Both the position numbers and the translations under genes were made by a program. DNA of 62,839 nt, the filler included, from Rhabdomonas costata (Eukaryota), in the NCBI GenBank assembly GCA_019059605.1. It is 47 parts of 47 records of this genome, joined end to end, with 100 filler letters (N's around TTAATTAATTAA, not from the genome) between each part and the next. Parts side by side here need not be neighbours in the genome. Positions count along the whole stretch, not along the records: positions 60,262 to 61,500 come from JAHMHO010022361.1; positions 61,601 to 62,839 come from JAHMHO010022362.1; 45 more parts are not named here. One strand, 5' to 3'. A model generated the notes under the pieces. That model was given only the letters and a program-made list of their open reading frames with translations. It was not told where the DNA came from and searched no databases. Every line of letters begins with the position of its first letter. Position 1 is the first letter of the stretch. This document shows positions 61,499 to 62,839 of this stretch, piece after piece.

Positions 61499-62839
61499 CC
61501 NNNNNNNNNNNNNNNNNNNNNNNNNNNNNNNNNNNNNNNNNNNNTTAATTAATTAANNNNNNNNNNNNNNNNNNNNNNNNNNNNNNNNNNNNNNNNNNNN
61601 GTTGGTGGGTAAGTGTCTGAGTGTTTGAGTTGGCACAAGTAGTGTTGGGGAGGGGGGGAGTACGCCTGTCTATATTTAGAGAGAGAATCCTCCCGATTTT
61701 TTATTCAGGCATACGATTTGCTGGGGCTACGCACCTATCCCTCTTCTGATATCCCAATGGAAGCTTTCGCACGGGGTTAGGTGGCGAAGCAGTGATAGAA
61801 TCGATTCCAGGATGTCTTCGCCCAGGATGGGTATTTAACGCTCTTGACAAAAATAAAATGGACAATGATTGTGCATCTCGTTTTTCCCTTCCCCGCCGGT
61901 CAATGTTGGGCCCAAAAAAATTGCAGGGCAGGGAAGAAGACATATCAGTTTACAATCCAGCATTGGCCATATGGGGCAGAGGGATCGAATTTGGTGAGAA
62001 TGCCCTAAAATGGCGAAAACAGGCGAAATGAGCAAAAAAAAAAACGAGCCAAATATATGGCGCGAGCGCCATTGTCGGTGGAATTGGAGTAATTTTGAAA
62101 CGCCTCTTGGTAGTCATTATCTCATCATCTGGAGGAAACAGCACGTGAGGAGCCTTTGCAAGCGAGAGAGGGAATCAGAATTATTGTCGATGTTTTTCAT
62201 GGCCCCTTTAAAATTGGAGTTTTGTCACCTTTTCTATACTAGGGTATAGCCCGCAATGCAATTATAGAGTGATGTGCTGGCACGGCAACAACGAAAGAAA
62301 AGTTCCAAGGGTCCCGTTTCCGCGAGAATAGGCCCCATCCCCCAAGGAAGGAGTGCAGAGTCTCAGAGACCTGAGCAGCAATGGAGCAATGCAGGTAGCC
62401 GCTGGAAAAGAGCAGCCGCGCGACAAAGGCCCGGGGCTCGTGGGGCAGAAAGGAGGTTACCATATGTGGAACCATCGGCGGTGAGCCGGTTCCGGTTCCC
62501 CACGGCACCGTTATTCCAACAGCACGTCTCGCCAGCACCCGTGGCCAACAGCGCGTGCGCCAGTCAGTCCACAGTGGTGACCAACAACCAAGCAACCAGT
62601 TAACCAGGCAACAGCCAGCGCGCAATGCGCCCAACACACATACACACACAAACACACAAACACACAAACATACACACACAGTACGCACCGCCAGAGAGAG
62701 TGCAACAGCAACGAGGGCGATAGAGAGAGGCAGGGAACGTGAGAGAGAGGACCAGGAGCCGAGGGACAGGGAGCCAGTAAAGGGTCGGGGAGAGATGGCC
62801 GCGGGCATCAAGTATGGAGCTTCCATACACGCACACCAC

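Noticed and set aside
1242-61600. Regularly spaced identical TTAATTAATTAA repeats with unique intervening sequence (CRISPR-like or gene-cassette array)
   Set aside because: Each is embedded in N-runs of fixed length. This is a six-frame-stop linker used to concatenate contigs of similar size.
62630-62750. ORFs spanning (CA)n and (GA)n tracts here and elsewhere (for example 4885, 22795, 46992, 58195)
   Set aside because: Simple microsatellites that lack stop codons and so generate spurious ORFs.

Overview
This window is not one locus. It is 47 unrelated contigs of about 1.24 kb, joined by 46 artificial 100-nt spacers (N44-TTAATTAATTAA-N44), so neighbouring fragments have no meaningful synteny. 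Most contigs start with a G/T-only run and end with an A/C-only run, which fits semi-degenerate whole-genome-amplification primers (inference). At least four contigs end in fold-back inversions. Most fragments come from an intron-rich, flagellated eukaryote with GT-AG introns and weak donor consensus. PEX7 and V-ATPase B wording, plus splice-acceptor-like sites just upstream of start codons, suggest a euglenozoan, probably a euglenid (inference). Recognisable gene pieces are IFT22, a TTLL tubulin ligase, an ABC1/ADCK kinase, phosphatidylserine synthase, PEX7, V-ATPase B, IBA57, a Bax-inhibitor/TMBIM protein, and cold-shock, RanBP2 zinc-finger, WD40, ARM, CUE and J-domain proteins, plus a degenerate SpoVK/CbxX-like AAA+ domain. 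Mobile DNA includes an intact Ty3/gypsy integrase, a decayed gypsy RT, a decayed Merlin/ISXO2-like transposase and a Tc1-like HTH. Two very AT-rich, intronless fragments (1342-2580 and 6705-7944) look like a Mimiviridae-type giant virus, one carrying the AAAATTGA early-promoter motif; these are the best lead. I found no tRNA, rRNA or CRISPR array. No multi-gene novel system can be established from fragments this short. All protein assignments are from motif recognition by eye, not database searches.
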